The notes: a model not told the origin generated them from the letters alone. A stretch of 64,000 nt of DNA from Marsupella aquatica (GCA_973895155.1 OZ316896.1:8329539-8393538); one strand, 5' to 3'; positions 1 to 13,800 are shown, numbered from the stretch's first letter. Program-made: numbers and translations.

Positions 1-25
1 TAATCTTTTTCTCTTGACCATGAAG

Positions 26-2560
26 GGTGAAATAGCCGTTGCCCAAGCAAAGCCGCTACCCTCCTTCGATCGCTGGGCCTTTGGAGAGAATCGCTACGTA
101 CAATTTTTGGTGGATGAGGTCCACACTCCATATCACTAACTCCTCCCAGGGTTTTACGGTGTTGCATTTAGCGAACTTCTTGTTGTTTTGATCAATTTTT
201 ACTTGAGACTGGTTTCCCAATTTCAGTTCTTCTTTGCTCTGGGATTTGACAATTACCTGGTTATCTGTTCTAGCTGTCAGTTTTCGAGGCTCTGAGGGAC
301 GTTATTGGGGCTATTCGCAAAGAAAGATGTGGGCCTGTGAATGGGAGACTGGAAGAGGTGGTCCCACTTGGTGGAGCTGCATCTGCCCTTGGCTTGTTTG
401 AAGTGGAGCTAGGTTTGGATCGTTGTGAGGTATGGCTTCGAACACCCCTGGGATCTTATCATGAGAATGTTACGATCCACAACAAGTTTAAGTCTTCTCT
501 CGTTGGAAGGAGTGGCAACTATTACCTCGTCTCGGATGCAGATTCTGCCATACTTCTTCATGGGATTTTTTCCTTAGTGCCCCTAATAGTAGCTTATAAA
601 AGATCATCGAAAAGAATGGTTTACAGTAATGGCTTGCAAATTGTGGGTAACGCCGTCCATTGTTCATAATAGGCTCTGAGCATAGACAGTTGCATTTTAG
701 TCCAAAATCGGCACAGGATAGTTGATGTTTGTGGAGCTTAAGTTTTCGATCACTTTATGAATGTTTGTAACAATGACAATTTGGCAGGCTCTTTCTGCGG
801 ATATTACTGCTATTGTAAGTTCATCTGGGCGAATAAGAGAATCTGGGTCTGAGTCAATTACAGCAAATACTCAAGCCGCTGCATATGCGAAGGTGAGCAA
901 TTTTGTCTTCAATGAAGGAGACAGTTAGAAAGTTCCTTGATTTCAGATCGTCTCCCATCCATTTGGATCACCTGCCAAGCTTTAGTAGGCATCACGTTGG
1001 CTTTCGTGCTAGTTCTAAGAAAAGGAATTTCGTCCTCAGCTTCACTTATAAGTAAATGTTGTACCGAGTGGTTCTAGATTTCATGTTTTTCACATGTACT
1101 TCGTTATTTCCCTTTCCTGCTAAACAGAGGATTCAAACAATGTGTTCAAGTCGGTCCTCTAGTAACCCGATTCAATTCATCTTACAGTATATCAGACAGT
1201 TGGGGAAATCAAGTCTAGACGATGGTGAGAAAGCAAAAGAGGCTTGCCTTAAGTTGCTGGCACACGTATTTGCAATATATGTCTCTCACCTTACCACAGG
1301 TTTGTCCCTCTTCATGACTCTTAGCAACCAGATCGATTACTTTGCACTTGTTGTGATGTTATTTTGTCGTTGTACATTTTTGCGTGTCAACTTACCCGAC
1401 TAGATTATTTCTTTGAACTTGCAAAACTGGTTTTCACCGGATGGTGTATGTATGTAATTCGAAATAAGTTTGAATGTTGAATCTCGTGTCTAAATTGTGT
1501 TCACAGGAATGCGAATTGGAGCAAAGGCGTTGGACAATGTTGTGTCATTAAGGCAGATAAAGGCACTGAGATTTTATCGTGACTATCCTCCGGTATGTAA
1601 TTATGTCGTATAGCGCTCTGCAGTGGTGGTAGGGCTCGCTATGACGCGACTCCTGACCATAGGTGCTGCCATTGATTGGCATTTGTATTGGAGTTTAAAG
1701 GAATCCTAGGTGTCAAAACTTGGCTTTGTTTTGGTAAATTTGTGGTGATACATGATGGAATGACACTGACCATTTATCGTGGGCTTGTTTGTACACGGAA
1801 AAGCCTGCATCTTTTTTCCGTACTTATATAGAGATGCCCAGCATATTGCTTGCCTAGCTAAGCTGTTGCTCTTTTTTAGCATGAAGACCTTGTCTTGTTT
1901 GCAGCAAGTGAAGGATCCTCTGAAGCTGTTCGTATCAACAATAAACTCTGCAGGCTCCTCTATTACCCTGGACGACGGCCATGAGCAGGTGCCACACCCC
2001 AGCCGTCACACCCCAGCCGTCACAGTACAGACTAGGAAATTGATCCATCCATGATGATTTCTTTATAAGCTTGCCTTAGGTTTGTTCTAAGTAACAGAAG
2101 CAACCTCCAGTATTATGTATCAATGCTAGTCACGAGGCAAGTCTACAAGTTTCTCTGGCATACGTTCTATGTCCATCATTCATGCATTTTAGAGCTCACA
2201 TTTTTGTTATCAGTGATCCCTACTTTCCCATGTGTATTTTCTCTTTAATAGTATTGGAGGCCGAGTCTTAGGAGTTTCGCAACTTCTGCCACTATGGCTG
2301 TCCATAATAGTCTTCAGGGTGTCAGGCGATCACTGTCTGACTAAAGGATTTCACATCTGCCGCTCACTTCATATGAAGCATCAGATTTCTGATATTTGGG
2401 CTCACCGTTAGTTGCGATAGTTATTGCTGTCGTTTGACTAGAACGTTCTGTCCTTAAAAATTGCAAGGTGATGGACGAGCTTGCTAAAGCATTTCAGAGG
2501 ACGAGCCTTCTTCTTTCTACATTAGCGGTGGAGGAGCCTGTTTTGGTAGCTCAAGAGTAA
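26..2560 (+). CDS. Divergent heme oxygenase-like protein, 5'-partial (start lies upstream of window)
   Basis: Seven GT-AG exons with consistent phases: 26-118, 274-429, 788-892, 1188-1299, 1507-1592, 1905-1988, 2468-2560 (TAA). Translation ...FDRWAFGENRYVQFLVDE/LSVFEALRDVI...LGLDRCE/ALSADI...AAAYAK/YIRQLG...LLAHVFAIYVSHLTTG/MRIGAKAL...LRFYRDY.../VMDELAKAFQRTSLLL is colinear with plant HO1 motifs (YLxFLVDSKLVYDTL, GLERxExLxxDL, YxxYL, HFYNIYFAHSAGGRMIG, LEFY, EETEKSF). Confidence 0.8.
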
Positions 2561-4113
2561 TCAAGTCCGGAATTCTTCTTCTCATTTATACGAAGTCATC
2601 TGCAACAAGATGTCTGGATCCAGGTGTGGTCTGGGTCGAATATTTAAGGGTGCAAGGCATGGTCTTGATCATTATACCCTTATTCAGAGACAAGAACATC
2701 AACAGTTTGGATTCAAAGTTTTCGTTGGTTGCCGTCCAAAATACATTTGTTAATGCATTTGTTACAAAGGATTGGGTCGCCTCTTACTCAGATTCATGAG
2801 ATTCATTGACCAGCGTATCAACTACGGAGGTGAGATGTAGTCTCACAACCTAATAATGTCGAAGGCAAACACATGAGCAACTGGAAATGAGTGGGGAATG
2901 AGTGGCATCTAAAGGGCCCAGGAAAGTTGTTGCAAGGCAGAAACGTGAGACCAGAGAGTCTCGCAGGGATATAGGATTTAATAATATTGAATGGTATCTG
3001 TGTCCTTGCACTCTTGTGCTCATTGACGAGGTTGCCTCGGCCCCAACAACACTGAATGAACACTAAAACATATTTGTTTTGAATTCTGATCAGTCGGGTG
3101 GAGTGTATGTGTCTCCCTATCACATTGTTTACTAAGTTTGTATAAAATCTGTGCTGTTGAAAAATTAATGCCCAGCACTTTTCTCTGCTAACTTACAGTG
3201 CCTGGGTTCGGATGATCGTGATGGAATGGATATATTCTTCTAATCACGTCTACAAAATAATGTCAAAGGATTTTGTCATTGATGCATACCCGTTCACAAT
3301 TTTGCAACCTCAGACGACAGAACGGGATGTATCAAGCCTAATGTATCAAAGCACCACATGGGCACGATTGTCTCCACTGTTATGTAAGCTGACCTCGGTC
3401 TGCAAACGATTCTGGGACAGGCTATGTATACCACACACTGGATGGATCTCGAAGCTTGTACACGCCTTGAATTTATGAGATTCGACCAACTCAATAGAAG
3501 GAAGCTTTCAAGGAGAGAGATAATCATCGTATTGTAAGAACGTTTTGATTGCAGCAGACGATGCCAGGTTGTTCAAGTGAGAATGCTCCAGTACAAGATT
3601 ACGCTCTTTGATCCATTCCACACCTTATCGCATCGCTTGTAAGCTTATCCATCCAATCCAACAACAAGAAATGCCAGCCAGCTCGTTTTCGAAGCAATAA
3701 CGGCCACCGAAGGTCTGACTCAAACATTACCCGACCGTACTACCTAATTGACTGATTCAAAAGCCAGAAGTTTAATAATGTCCAGTGCTTCGTGCAGTAA
3801 CAAAGGCAATGCTGCTGAGGAACTGTCAAACTCCAGCAGAATACGATACAATTGTACAGATATGAGGGATTGTTTGTACACTTCATAACTTTGCCTGACT
3901 AGACGCCGTGCTTCTGTTAACACTCCACCCGCATAAATTTTCACAACAAACACCGAAGACCGTCACAACAGCGTAGGAAACCTTTTAGCCTTGCGAGTTG
4001 CACATTCGAAACATGAAAAGGATTCGTGGTGACAAAAGGGGATGACTACCCTCGGATCAAGATTTTGCACATGATGTGGTTGATTCAAATCAAACCTATC
4101 ATGTTAAAAGCAT

Positions 4114-5971
4114 TTACTTTTCGCCCCAAGTTGCCAAAGGAGGAGTTTGTGCAAAACGCCAGGTTGAGTTCATGTCTCCATACCGATCACCTGCAACCTC
4201 CTCATGTGGCACGGCTTCTTCAATTGCCTTCAGTTCTTCTGGAGTCAAATGAATAGCCAGGGCGCCAATGTTCTCCTCCAAGTTTTTCTTCTTAGTTGTT
4301 CCTGGAATAGGTGCAACATCCTTTCCTTGAGCGTGTACCCAGGCAAGTGCAAGCTGACCAGGTGTCGCATTTTTCTTAGCGCCGATGGCCACCAAGCGGT
4401 CATAGAACGCCTTGTTTTTCTCCATGTTCTCTGCTTTGAATCGCGGATTGATCTGCCGGTTTCAAAACATTTGTCAGCTTACACCAAGCGTCAGAGAAGG
4501 AGACAGAGAGACATTTATAATAACTTGTAAGTAAAATAAAATAAAAACACTTCAGTTCCAAACGGCCAGAAGGAATGACGACCCATATCACAGCCAAACA
4601 ACATGTACTTCTTGCAAACAGTGCAGTAAAAGGGAAAATTTAGAAACCTCGCTCGGCTCTTCTGAGGACTGTTCAGATTACTTGCACTATGTTTGACTCA
4701 GGAAAGGCACTCCTAATTATTATCTCCGCTATGCTCTGGAAATCATGCAATAAAAAATAAGCAACGATGGAGAAAAGTACCTTTCTGAAGTCGCCGTCAG
4801 TAAGCTCAGACGCCTTTACTCCTGAGAAGAAACCTCTCCCCAGGGGACTGTAAGGTACGATGCCGATTCCCAGCTCCCTGCAACGAAATACAAAGCAGAC
4901 GATAAATTCGGCCTCAGGTGCTCCAGAGTTCAGCCAATAATGTAGCGAGTGCAATTCTTCCATTGCAGGTGACAGGGTAGGCACAACTCTATAGCAGAGG
5001 GTCGTGCGATTCATACCTGCAAGTAGAAATCACGTCTTCTTCGACGTCACGGGACCAGAGCGAATACTCCAGCTGAACAGCAGTGATGGGATGCACAGCG
5101 TGAGCCCGTCGAATGTCTGCTGCAGAAGCCTCAGAGAGACCAATGTACTTTACCTTTCCTGCATCAACAAATTCCTTCATTGTGGCAACCTGAATAAATG
5201 CATAAGATTGATCGTCAGCTTACGTAACAGTGGAGACAATCCTGCCCACGTGGTGCTTTGAAATGATTAAATAAAGTGAATTAACAATTCAAAGATCCAA
5301 CAAACGCCATTGGGAAAGGGACGCATTTTTCAAGACTCACAGTAATTTCAATCGGGACTTTTGGATCAACTCGGTGCTGGTAATACAAATCAATGTAGTC
5401 CACATCGAGCCTTTTCAAACTACCTGCCACAGCTTTGCGGACATATTCGGGCTCTCCGCGGATGCTATACGTTTCGGGATTAAATGCAAACTTCGTGGCA
5501 ATCTGCACTTTAGCCCTATCCACTCCCTTGAGAGCCTGTGAGCGGAGCCATTTCAAGGAAGAAACTCAGGTTGGTGATGATCCTAAAATCCAACACACAT
5601 GCTGATGCGGGAGAACAGAGCGTCGACATTCAGGTATTTCCTAGCAAACGATAACCTTCAACCATTCTGCCAGGAACTATCAACTCCGCACGAAGAGAAG
5701 AGAGAAAAATAAGGAAAATTTATTGAGTTGGAATGTTCTTAATTAGTACCTTTCCAATAAGGATCTCGTTGGTGTGAGGACCATATATGTCAGCAGTATC
5801 GATAAACGTCACGCCAAGGTCAATGGCGTGATGAATGAGCTCGATCATTTCCTCCTCTGGCTTCGCAGGTCCGTAGTAGGCTGACATTCCCATGGCTCCC
5901 AAACCCTGCTGAGAGACCTTAAGGCCCTCCGATCCGAGGTAGATCTGCGGCACTTTTGGTAGTGCGGCCAT
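4114..5971 (-). CDS. Aldo-keto reductase (plant auxin-induced PCNT115/perakine-reductase-like AKR13 type), about 341 aa
   Basis: Five exons 5971-5750, 5535-5341, 5189-5017, 4877-4781, 4452-4114, all GT-AG and in phase. Catalytic tetrad motifs DTADIYG, IATKF and LYYQHR are present, plus [21 protein letters not shown] and PIPGT. Confidence 0.96.
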
Positions 5972-6665
5972 GGCTTCGTCCACAATAACAACTTCTACTC
6001 GCTGTCTCTTACTGTCGAAGCAAATTTAGAAACACAGAGCAATAAGCAACGCAAATCACTTTCAGCAAATACAAAAAAGCAATTTTCCATTCGACCATAT
6101 TTCTGAAAAATCAATGTCCTACACCCAAGAATGAAAGGTGCTGCAAGCGACGTAACGACGGGCACTTTAGAAGTTGGGGAACCAATTTTTTTTCTTTTCT
6201 TCCTTTTTCTCCGTGGCCCATCATTAGGCTCAACGAAAACCCAGTGCTGTACAAATCAATACAGACTTAATCTCCTCCTGAAATGCTCAGTAATTTCGGG
6301 GCCATCGATCCCAGTTCAGCTACGGCACTCTTCGTGCACCGAGCTATCTCCAAGGAAAGATTGTGCCAGTCAATCCATCATACCCTACTAGTGACGAGTG
6401 CACTTAGCAGAACAGATTCATATCCTCGAAGAAAAGCCACAATCTTACCAGTTTTCAGCAGTCGCTGCGTACCCGTATGCAAAGCCCAGTATCAATCTGT
6501 GGGATTCACAGTGGACCAGCAGAGTAGAGCTCCCGATTTGACAGTATGTTGTTTGCTATGCTCATGCGAGGAGAAGGCGTGGCTCTCAGATCGCGGCTTG
6601 GCTAAGTATGAGTCAGCCCAGTGACCGATTTCAGGCTTAAATGTACAGAACTGCGAGACCGAGTG

Positions 6666-6885
6666 GTTTGTGAACAATTAGAACACGACTGCTGTCGACT
6701 CAGCTTTTCCTGCCCCGGAGAAAAAGGGTACACTCCACTTGGATGCTATATATAGGGTAACGACGGTTTGCGAACAATTAGAACACGACTGCTGTCCACT
6801 CAGCTTTTCCTGCCCCGGAGAAAACGGGTACACTCCAATTGGATGCTATGCACAGGGGTCCAATTGGATGCTATGCACAGGGGTA
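6666..6885. repeat. Local tandem duplication (about 100-bp period) plus a nested 23-bp duplication
   Basis: GGTTTG(T/C)GAACAATTAGAACACGACTGCTGTC...GGGTACACTCCA.TTGGATGCTAT occurs at ~6666 and ~6766; CAATTGGATGCTATGCACAGGGG then occurs twice. Confidence 0.9.
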
Positions 6886-7423
6886 ATGACTGTTTGATCT
6901 GGGGTTACTAGTCTATCTGTGAGGACAGAAAGTGAGTAAAATGTGAAACATTTCTGAGCTTTCTGAGAACAGTTTTTAGACTAGAACCCCAACCCAAACA
7001 CTCATTTTCATACCTGACCAGACAAATGATTATGGGGTAAAACTTTCCGGGGACAGGGTTATGTAAAATGGTAGCACCTAGTAGAAAAGGTTACACACTG
7101 GAGGTAACCTTTATTCCTGACAGGAATTATGAAAGGGGTCGTTCTCTACGCACGGGTCTTCACTCACCACTTATAAAACAAAGGACCAGTTTACAAAAAC
7201 AAAGTGCCAAACAAAGTACAGAGGGGTGAGAGTGGTCTTGCAGAGTCCCGGTAACTGCACATCAACATATACTGTGTAACCACATCCCTGCATACCATGA
7301 TACATCTTTCCATACCATAATAAACCTAGTTATTTTTTAAAAATCAATGAGTGCACCCTGTATATTATCACATTTTGATCTGTGACATCAGGGGGTCTTG
7401 TATGTGTGAGGTCAGCATGTGTG

Positions 7424-7543
7424 AGGTCCTTAGATTTTAGGTCCTCAACTCCACACCACAGATGGCAGTATCATATTGCCAGAGAGAGGTCCTTAGATTT
7501 TTGGTCCTTAACTCCACACCACAGATGGCAGTAACATATTGCC
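7424..7543. repeat. About 63-bp tandem duplication
   Basis: GAGGTCCTTAGATTTT.GGTCCT.AACTCCACACCACAGATGGCAGTA.CATATTGCC twice. Confidence 0.9.
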
Positions 7544-7989
7544 TGAGAGGAACGTACATTTCAGGCACTCCTCATGGGCCTACCAAGTGGAGAATGCCAA
7601 GGGCAAGAAACTTCCCCCCCTCTGAAGTCTTGTCCTTAAAAATCATAATAAAACAGACAGCACAGGCAAGAAATGACACAACAAACAAAAGAAAAAGATA
7701 AAAGAAAAAGACTTGTGCATTCTTGACCAAAAAAACCAAAAAAAAAATAGATCGAAGAAAAAGACTTATGTATTCTTGACCAAAAAAAAAAAAAAAAAGA
7801 TAGAACAAAAAGACTTGTGCACTTCACATGTAGCAGAACAAGAGAATATAAATCCTGCAATTCAAGGAGTGGTAAGGGCTGCATTTTGAGGACCATCTAC
7901 ATACAAGATAGCTCTAAAATACTTTGCGTTGCCCTATATGTCCTAAATGTCAAAGTACAAAAAGGAGAGAAAACAAGAGAGAAAACCCA

Positions 7990-9050
7990 AGAGCCATCTA
8001 ATTAATGTCTTCCAGAGTATCAAACTGAAAAGCCTGGTAGAGCCCCTGGTAGAGCTATGGACTTAACTTCATAGTGGGGTCACTGAAGAATTTGACTAGA
8101 GGCCCTAAAATGAATGGCATCAGCCCTATGGAGGATTGGGAATGCGTAAGCCCTTTGTAGCGCAATTGACACCCGTTGTTGAAAGAAGCCATAGAGGATG
8201 TACCCAAACTAAGGGATATCACCTCCGCTCTACACAAAAAACTGTGCAAGCTTGAAGGAAATGCCCAAGGAAATGGTGGACGATGAGATGAAGTGCACCA
8301 AACACCTCAAATGGAAGCGGGTAGAAAAGATCCTCAGGGTAACCAGATGCATATGCTTCCTCCTTGAGCTGGGCAACCTTGGCTGCAACTTGGCCCAATA
8401 CATGAGTAACAATCACAACATTGTTCCCACCAATAGGATCAGCAAGGACCACATTCCCATGGGCATGACCTCTGCCCTAGAAAAGGCCAGATTAGTTCAC
8501 CATATGTTCCAAACATCATCCCAGGGTGGAAGCACATGTAGGTATTCCATTGTGACATGGTAATCCGGTCCCAGGCAAATGATGGCTACCACCACATCAC
8601 AAAGGTTATCCTGTGTTGTAGTCTTCTCACTCTCATGACCACACTTGAATAAATGGATGCCCTCCAGGTCCAAGACGCTCTACAAACACAAGTGGGTTGT
8701 CACAAGAGACACGGATGGGATATATCGAGCCAAAGGTGCAAGGATATGCTAAAAATGAAAGAACTCGTACAGACAGTAAGGGGGCCATAGAGAACTAGTA
8801 GATAACCAATCTCCTCAACCAGCCCTAGAACAAGATAAAATACAGGCCTAAACCAAGTGCAATGGTCAATTAGAGAGCATGCTGGAAAAATGTAGCACTG
8901 CATGGAGTGAGAAATCACCTCTTTAACACAAAATCTGGACTATCCAAAACCACCTCCTCAACCAAATCACTAACACATGTTTCTTGGGTCCACTCTACTC
9001 TATTCTCTCCCTTTTTGTTGTACTTCTGCTCACCACACAAGTGCTTACAA
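7990..9050 (-). mobile_element. Decayed L1-like LINE 3' remnant (same family as 56400-57215)
   Basis: Shared blocks with the 56.7-57.2 kb segment (AACTGAAAAGC.TGGTAGAG, GTAGAA.AGATCC.CAGGGTAAC, TAGGATCAG.AA.GACCA.ATT, CCATTGTGACATGGTA); broken frames on minus. The LINE assignment is inferred. Confidence 0.5.
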
Positions 9051-9447
9051 AGTAAGAAGACTGAGCAGTGCAAGTGTCAAATGGGCTTCGAAAATAGAAA
9101 ATTAGTTCATGGACCCCCTGGCTACATTTCTTTGGCCTTGTTTGAGTAAAAAGAATGTACGTAATATTAGCTTTAAATCAAGTTGTGAGAGGCTATTGTG
9201 GTCCAAAATGCTATGGTATCACAGATTATTCTGATGAGATAGTTTTACAAATTTTAGTGAAAGTATAGGAGAAATTAATTACCTCATCCAAATGTGATTT
9301 TGCAATCTTCTTCATAATGAACAGGAAAATAAGGGCCTTTAGTTTGCATTTTGAGAGGCTAATGTGGTCCATAATGCTCTGTTAGCATACATTAAAATAT
9401 GTAAGATCTATGAGATATTTTCACTAATTTTAGAACATTAATTAATA

Positions 9448-9985
9448 AACCCAAGGCACAATTTTTTCCGTTAGTAGATTCAGGCATTAAATGACACTAT
9501 ATTTGACCACTGAAGTGCCCTGGGCACTCAATTTGAGTTGAGAAGACTACTTTCTCAAGATCAATTGAGAAATTTGCTTTTCTCAACAAGGGACCCTGAG
9601 GTTTCAAGTAGCTGAGTCCTCTTTAGAATATTTGTCCCCCGATTTGTCAATGTACTTTCAAATAATTGGAAATCTTGACCGGTCTTGTTTGTTGCGGTTG
9701 TTGTTGAAGTGGCACGAACCCAAGGCACAATTTTTTCCGTTAGTAGATTCAGGCATTAAATGACACTATATTTGACCATTGAAGTGCCCTGGGCACTCAA
9801 TTTGAGTTGAGAAGACTACTTTCTCAAGATCAATTGAGAAATTTGCTTTTCTCAACAAGGGACTCTGAGGTTTCAAGTAGTTGAGTCCTCTTTAGAATAT
9901 TTGTCCCCCGATTTGTCAATGTACTTTCAAATAATTGGAAATCTTGACCGGTCTTGTTTGTTGCGGTTGTTGTTGAAGTGGCACG
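9448..9985. repeat. Near-perfect 269-bp head-to-tail tandem duplication
   Basis: Units 9448-9716 and 9717-9985 both start AACCCAAGGCACAATTTTTTCCG and end GTTGAAGTGGCACG; only about 3 substitutions visible. Confidence 0.96.
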
Positions 9986-10861
9986 CTCTTGTGCCAGGAA
10001 TTTTGGAAAGGACCTCTCATCGGGTCCGTAATGAGTGATGTAGTCAATCAATGAAACACTACAATCATCTAAACTGAGTCTTGTTGGTGAGTCATATTTT
10101 GCTAAAGAATTGGGGCACCACAGGTCGACTCACGGGTGGAACGTGGAGCATGGAACATGGGCAGCACATAGTGCTATCCCTCGAGATGTGGCTCCTCTAT
10201 GTTTATGACATGGAGAGTGATCCTGAGTCGACTCTTGTTCATTTAGGCTCGGGTTCAGGGTGCTTCGAACCCAATATCACTCTTCAGGGTTTAAGAGTAG
10301 GATCTGGAGACAGCTACAGTATGTTGGTGTCCTGGTAACGCCCCACGAGTGTTAGTGAGTTGACACAATCTAGAGAGATTTTGCTGTTACCCATTTTTCA
10401 GGCTCAACGGACGGCGTGGTCCAACGCTTCACCTCTACAATAACGTCGTCCAGATGACATATTGGCAATGTTTTCACAACCAGAGAGTTCCACCTTCTCA
10501 GTAATTGTCAAGCGCAAGCTTCTCTTCACTTGACTATGAGGAAAAATCGAGCAACCATAAACAATAACTGTTGCCGTACACTAAGGCCACCCTTCAGCAC
10601 ATCCAATTTCTTACTCGGCAAAAAACTAATTAACCAAAAAATCTAACTAAACAATTTCTAACTTGCCATAAAAGAATGCTCGTAGGTAAGAGTAACGTAT
10701 ACAGGGAAGTGACCAGCGACTAATAAACAAACTCCTCAGTGTAACTAACAAAATTTTGACTAAATGATCACATCCCTTTGTTCCTTCGGTGTATGTATCA
10801 CACGAAGCCACCATTTCTTCCATTGCAAGTAACCAACTGTGCTATCATTTTTTGACGACAA

Positions 10862-13800
10862 TTAAATGGCTGAAGGTGGACGTCCATGCAGAAGCTTAGT
10901 TTGGACCAGGTATTTAAAGGCGGCGACTGCAGCAGAATGAAGGGCTGAATCCCTAGGGGGGCCAGAGCGTGTCAATGGACCACCTGCTTGTGCACAGCTC
11001 TGAAGCAATGCAACAACCTGCGTTGCCAAAGAGGGGAAAGTGGATGCACATTGTGCCACGGGGCCCAATACTTCTTGAAGGTAACTCGCACACCCAGCTA
11101 CCTTAGTTCGCATCTGGGTGACCTGCCCTACAACCTGCAACGATCAAATCATCAAGTTAAAACGTCACAAACATCATCTTATTTGATTTGAGTGCAACCT
11201 TCTGTACTTTTTTGCCCTTTCTACATGAAGAGCCATATAGAACGCAGAGCACGTATCTATCCATCCATCCATCCATCCATGCACGTCTCCACAAACTACA
11301 GCTCCTGACGAGAGATCAGAAGGTCTATGACAAGGTGAACACCTGCTGGGCAGCGGTGAGGCTTTCAGGTAGATCTGGATAGAAGCTCGTCAGTTGGGCA
11401 GTCAGAGCAACAACAAACACTTGCTGGTTTTGTCGTGACTGTTGAAGTAGTTCCCCAATAAAATATAGGCATTGTACCATGTCTGGGACTCCTTCCACCA
11501 TCATCGGGATGAGCTGTATGTCATAACCCTGTCATCAAATGTGCATTCCTCTTAGGAAACCATTACTGCATCTGGAAGCGCAGAGGTCTTAGTATACACT
11601 GGAGACCCTTCACGACTAATACATTGAAAGAAATGTGACAAAAAATGAGATACCTGGAAATGGACCAATTTCAGCAACAGTCGGCTCTTATTAAACATAG
11701 AGCAGAGTGTTGCACAGATTAACTTTCGACCTTCCAGCATTGGACCAGGACTCCTTTCATCATCGAGCTCACTCTTGGGAAGGCAGGCCTCAAGAAGAAT
11801 CTGACACACAGCACTGAGAAAGCGCCTCATCAGAATTTGCCCTCGATAGTGAGAAATCTGGTGTTATCTCAGTTTTAATTCAAATGGATCGTCAGAGAAT
11901 AAGAACAGACCTGTCCTGAGCAACTAGTGCTGAGGCGACTTCATCTTTCTTGATCCCTGCATCCCTTCCCCCGTCTATGGCTGCCGCCATACAGATTCGT
12001 TCATTTGCGACGAGCAGTTCTAGCAAGTGATCCAAAATAAGACCCAGTAGAGGAGTGCGAAAAACTTTCACATTGCAAGCTAGAAACTTCAATGGCTCCT
12101 CCGAAAATCCACTAGAAGAAAGGGTAACAATCGCAGGTCCAGTCCTTTTTATGGATTGCCTCAACTGTGTATTTTGTTGTCCTGCATTCAGCCCCCGAGA
12201 ATCTCCGCATCTTGGAACACTGGGATCTCTCACTAAATCCCACAGCACTGGAACCAAATATTCTAGGGTTGAAGAAGGTAGTGTTCGCCACCATGAACAA
12301 AATTGGTCCTGCAGGCACCGCGGACAAGTGTCCAAGAGTAGGCTTGGAACCAACGCTGTCACGATAGCTGCTTCCATTTTCCAATATACTCCAAATTCAG
12401 CCAGAATCCCGACATCCTCACTACCATCATAATCTGTAACCAAAATTGGGCTACACGTCATTTGATTCAGTATCCGCATGGCAGGTAAGGGGTTTTCCAC
12501 TGCTTTCTGCATTACAGCTGTGACAGTCTGCATTGAGAAGAGATTTTTGCTACCCACATAATTTCCCTTATCAGCATCTATAGTCGATGATTCTGTCTTT
12601 GCCTCCCGCTTTGAATTTTCACTAGGCTTGGATAGGGCCACATCCAGCTGTTCCTTGTCCACATCCATAGGTGATTTCGAGCTGCTCTCTTTTGGGTCAT
12701 GTATACTTAAACCATCAACAGCAGCAAACACTTCTGGTTGAATTCCTCGTGATACGGATGGAGTATCTACCGTTGTTGCGGAAGCCCCAACCATCTCTAC
12801 TTCACTTTTCGGTAAAAACATTGCAGGAGGAGGCCCTACCCAATCTAAGTCATCTGTGACAGGGACGCCTGTCACATGGGTTTGAAAAGAGGTATCCACA
12901 TTCTCTAAGTCCCGAAGAAGTGCTTGGGCTGTAAATCTTTCAGGGAAAACCACTGAAGCCGTACTTAGCCACTGCAATGAGGAATGACATAGTGTAAGAT
13001 TCTAAAACAATCTCGTGCTACAAGTTAAAGTTGTAATGCCTGCACTAACAAAACAAAACAAAACAAAACAAAACAAAACAAAACAAAACAAAACAAAACA
13101 AAACAAAACAAAACAATACAAAACTCATGTCCGACCTCATCTCCTCAACAAATTCAAACTACCCAGTTCTGAAGAAAACATGAATAAAGAAAATGCACCT
13201 GGGGTAGCAAATGTTCATAAGACGGCCAGTTGGTCTCCATATACATCAGCAGTTCTCGCAAAGGTAGGCTACCAAGGAGCTCCGTCCACCAACCATCCTC
13301 GCCATCATCAAGTTGCGAAATTCTAGTCTCCTTATTAGAACCACCAGAAACTCCCATGCTCCTTACAATCTGCTCTCTACCGAGGATGTAGTAAGTGATA
13401 AGAGCAGCTGTTGCCAATGGATTTCCTTGCCCAATCGTCTTTGTAGAACCTTTCATATTTGGATTTATGCTTCGAGGGAACCCATCCATTCGTGATTCCT
13501 TGTTTCTAGACAAAGTGTTTCTCAATATGGCAAATCCAGGAGCTAGAGCTTTGACCAGCGAATCGCGTGAGAAAGGACGCATCCTAAACCTCGGTAACCC
13601 TCCCCGTGCTCGAGGAGCTGGAACTGACAAGTCTGTGAATCCTTGTACAATCGAAGGAAGTACCTGCATACAGACATGAACCCAAGTTATGACCATACCA
13701 TCATATAATCTCGTTTGGTGATATTTCACAGCATGCAGACCAACCATCCAGATAAATTGCCACCCCTGGATTATTGCTGCTTATACCTTCAGTGAGGAAA

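Noticed and set aside
12055-12432. 125-aa plus-strand ORF (and similar antisense ORFs over the INTS2, AKR, PHD and 444-aa genes)
   Set aside because: Shadow ORFs opposite well-supported exons; no motifs.
13015-13326. ORF with KQNKT repeats
   Set aside because: Translation of the (AAAAC)n microsatellite.
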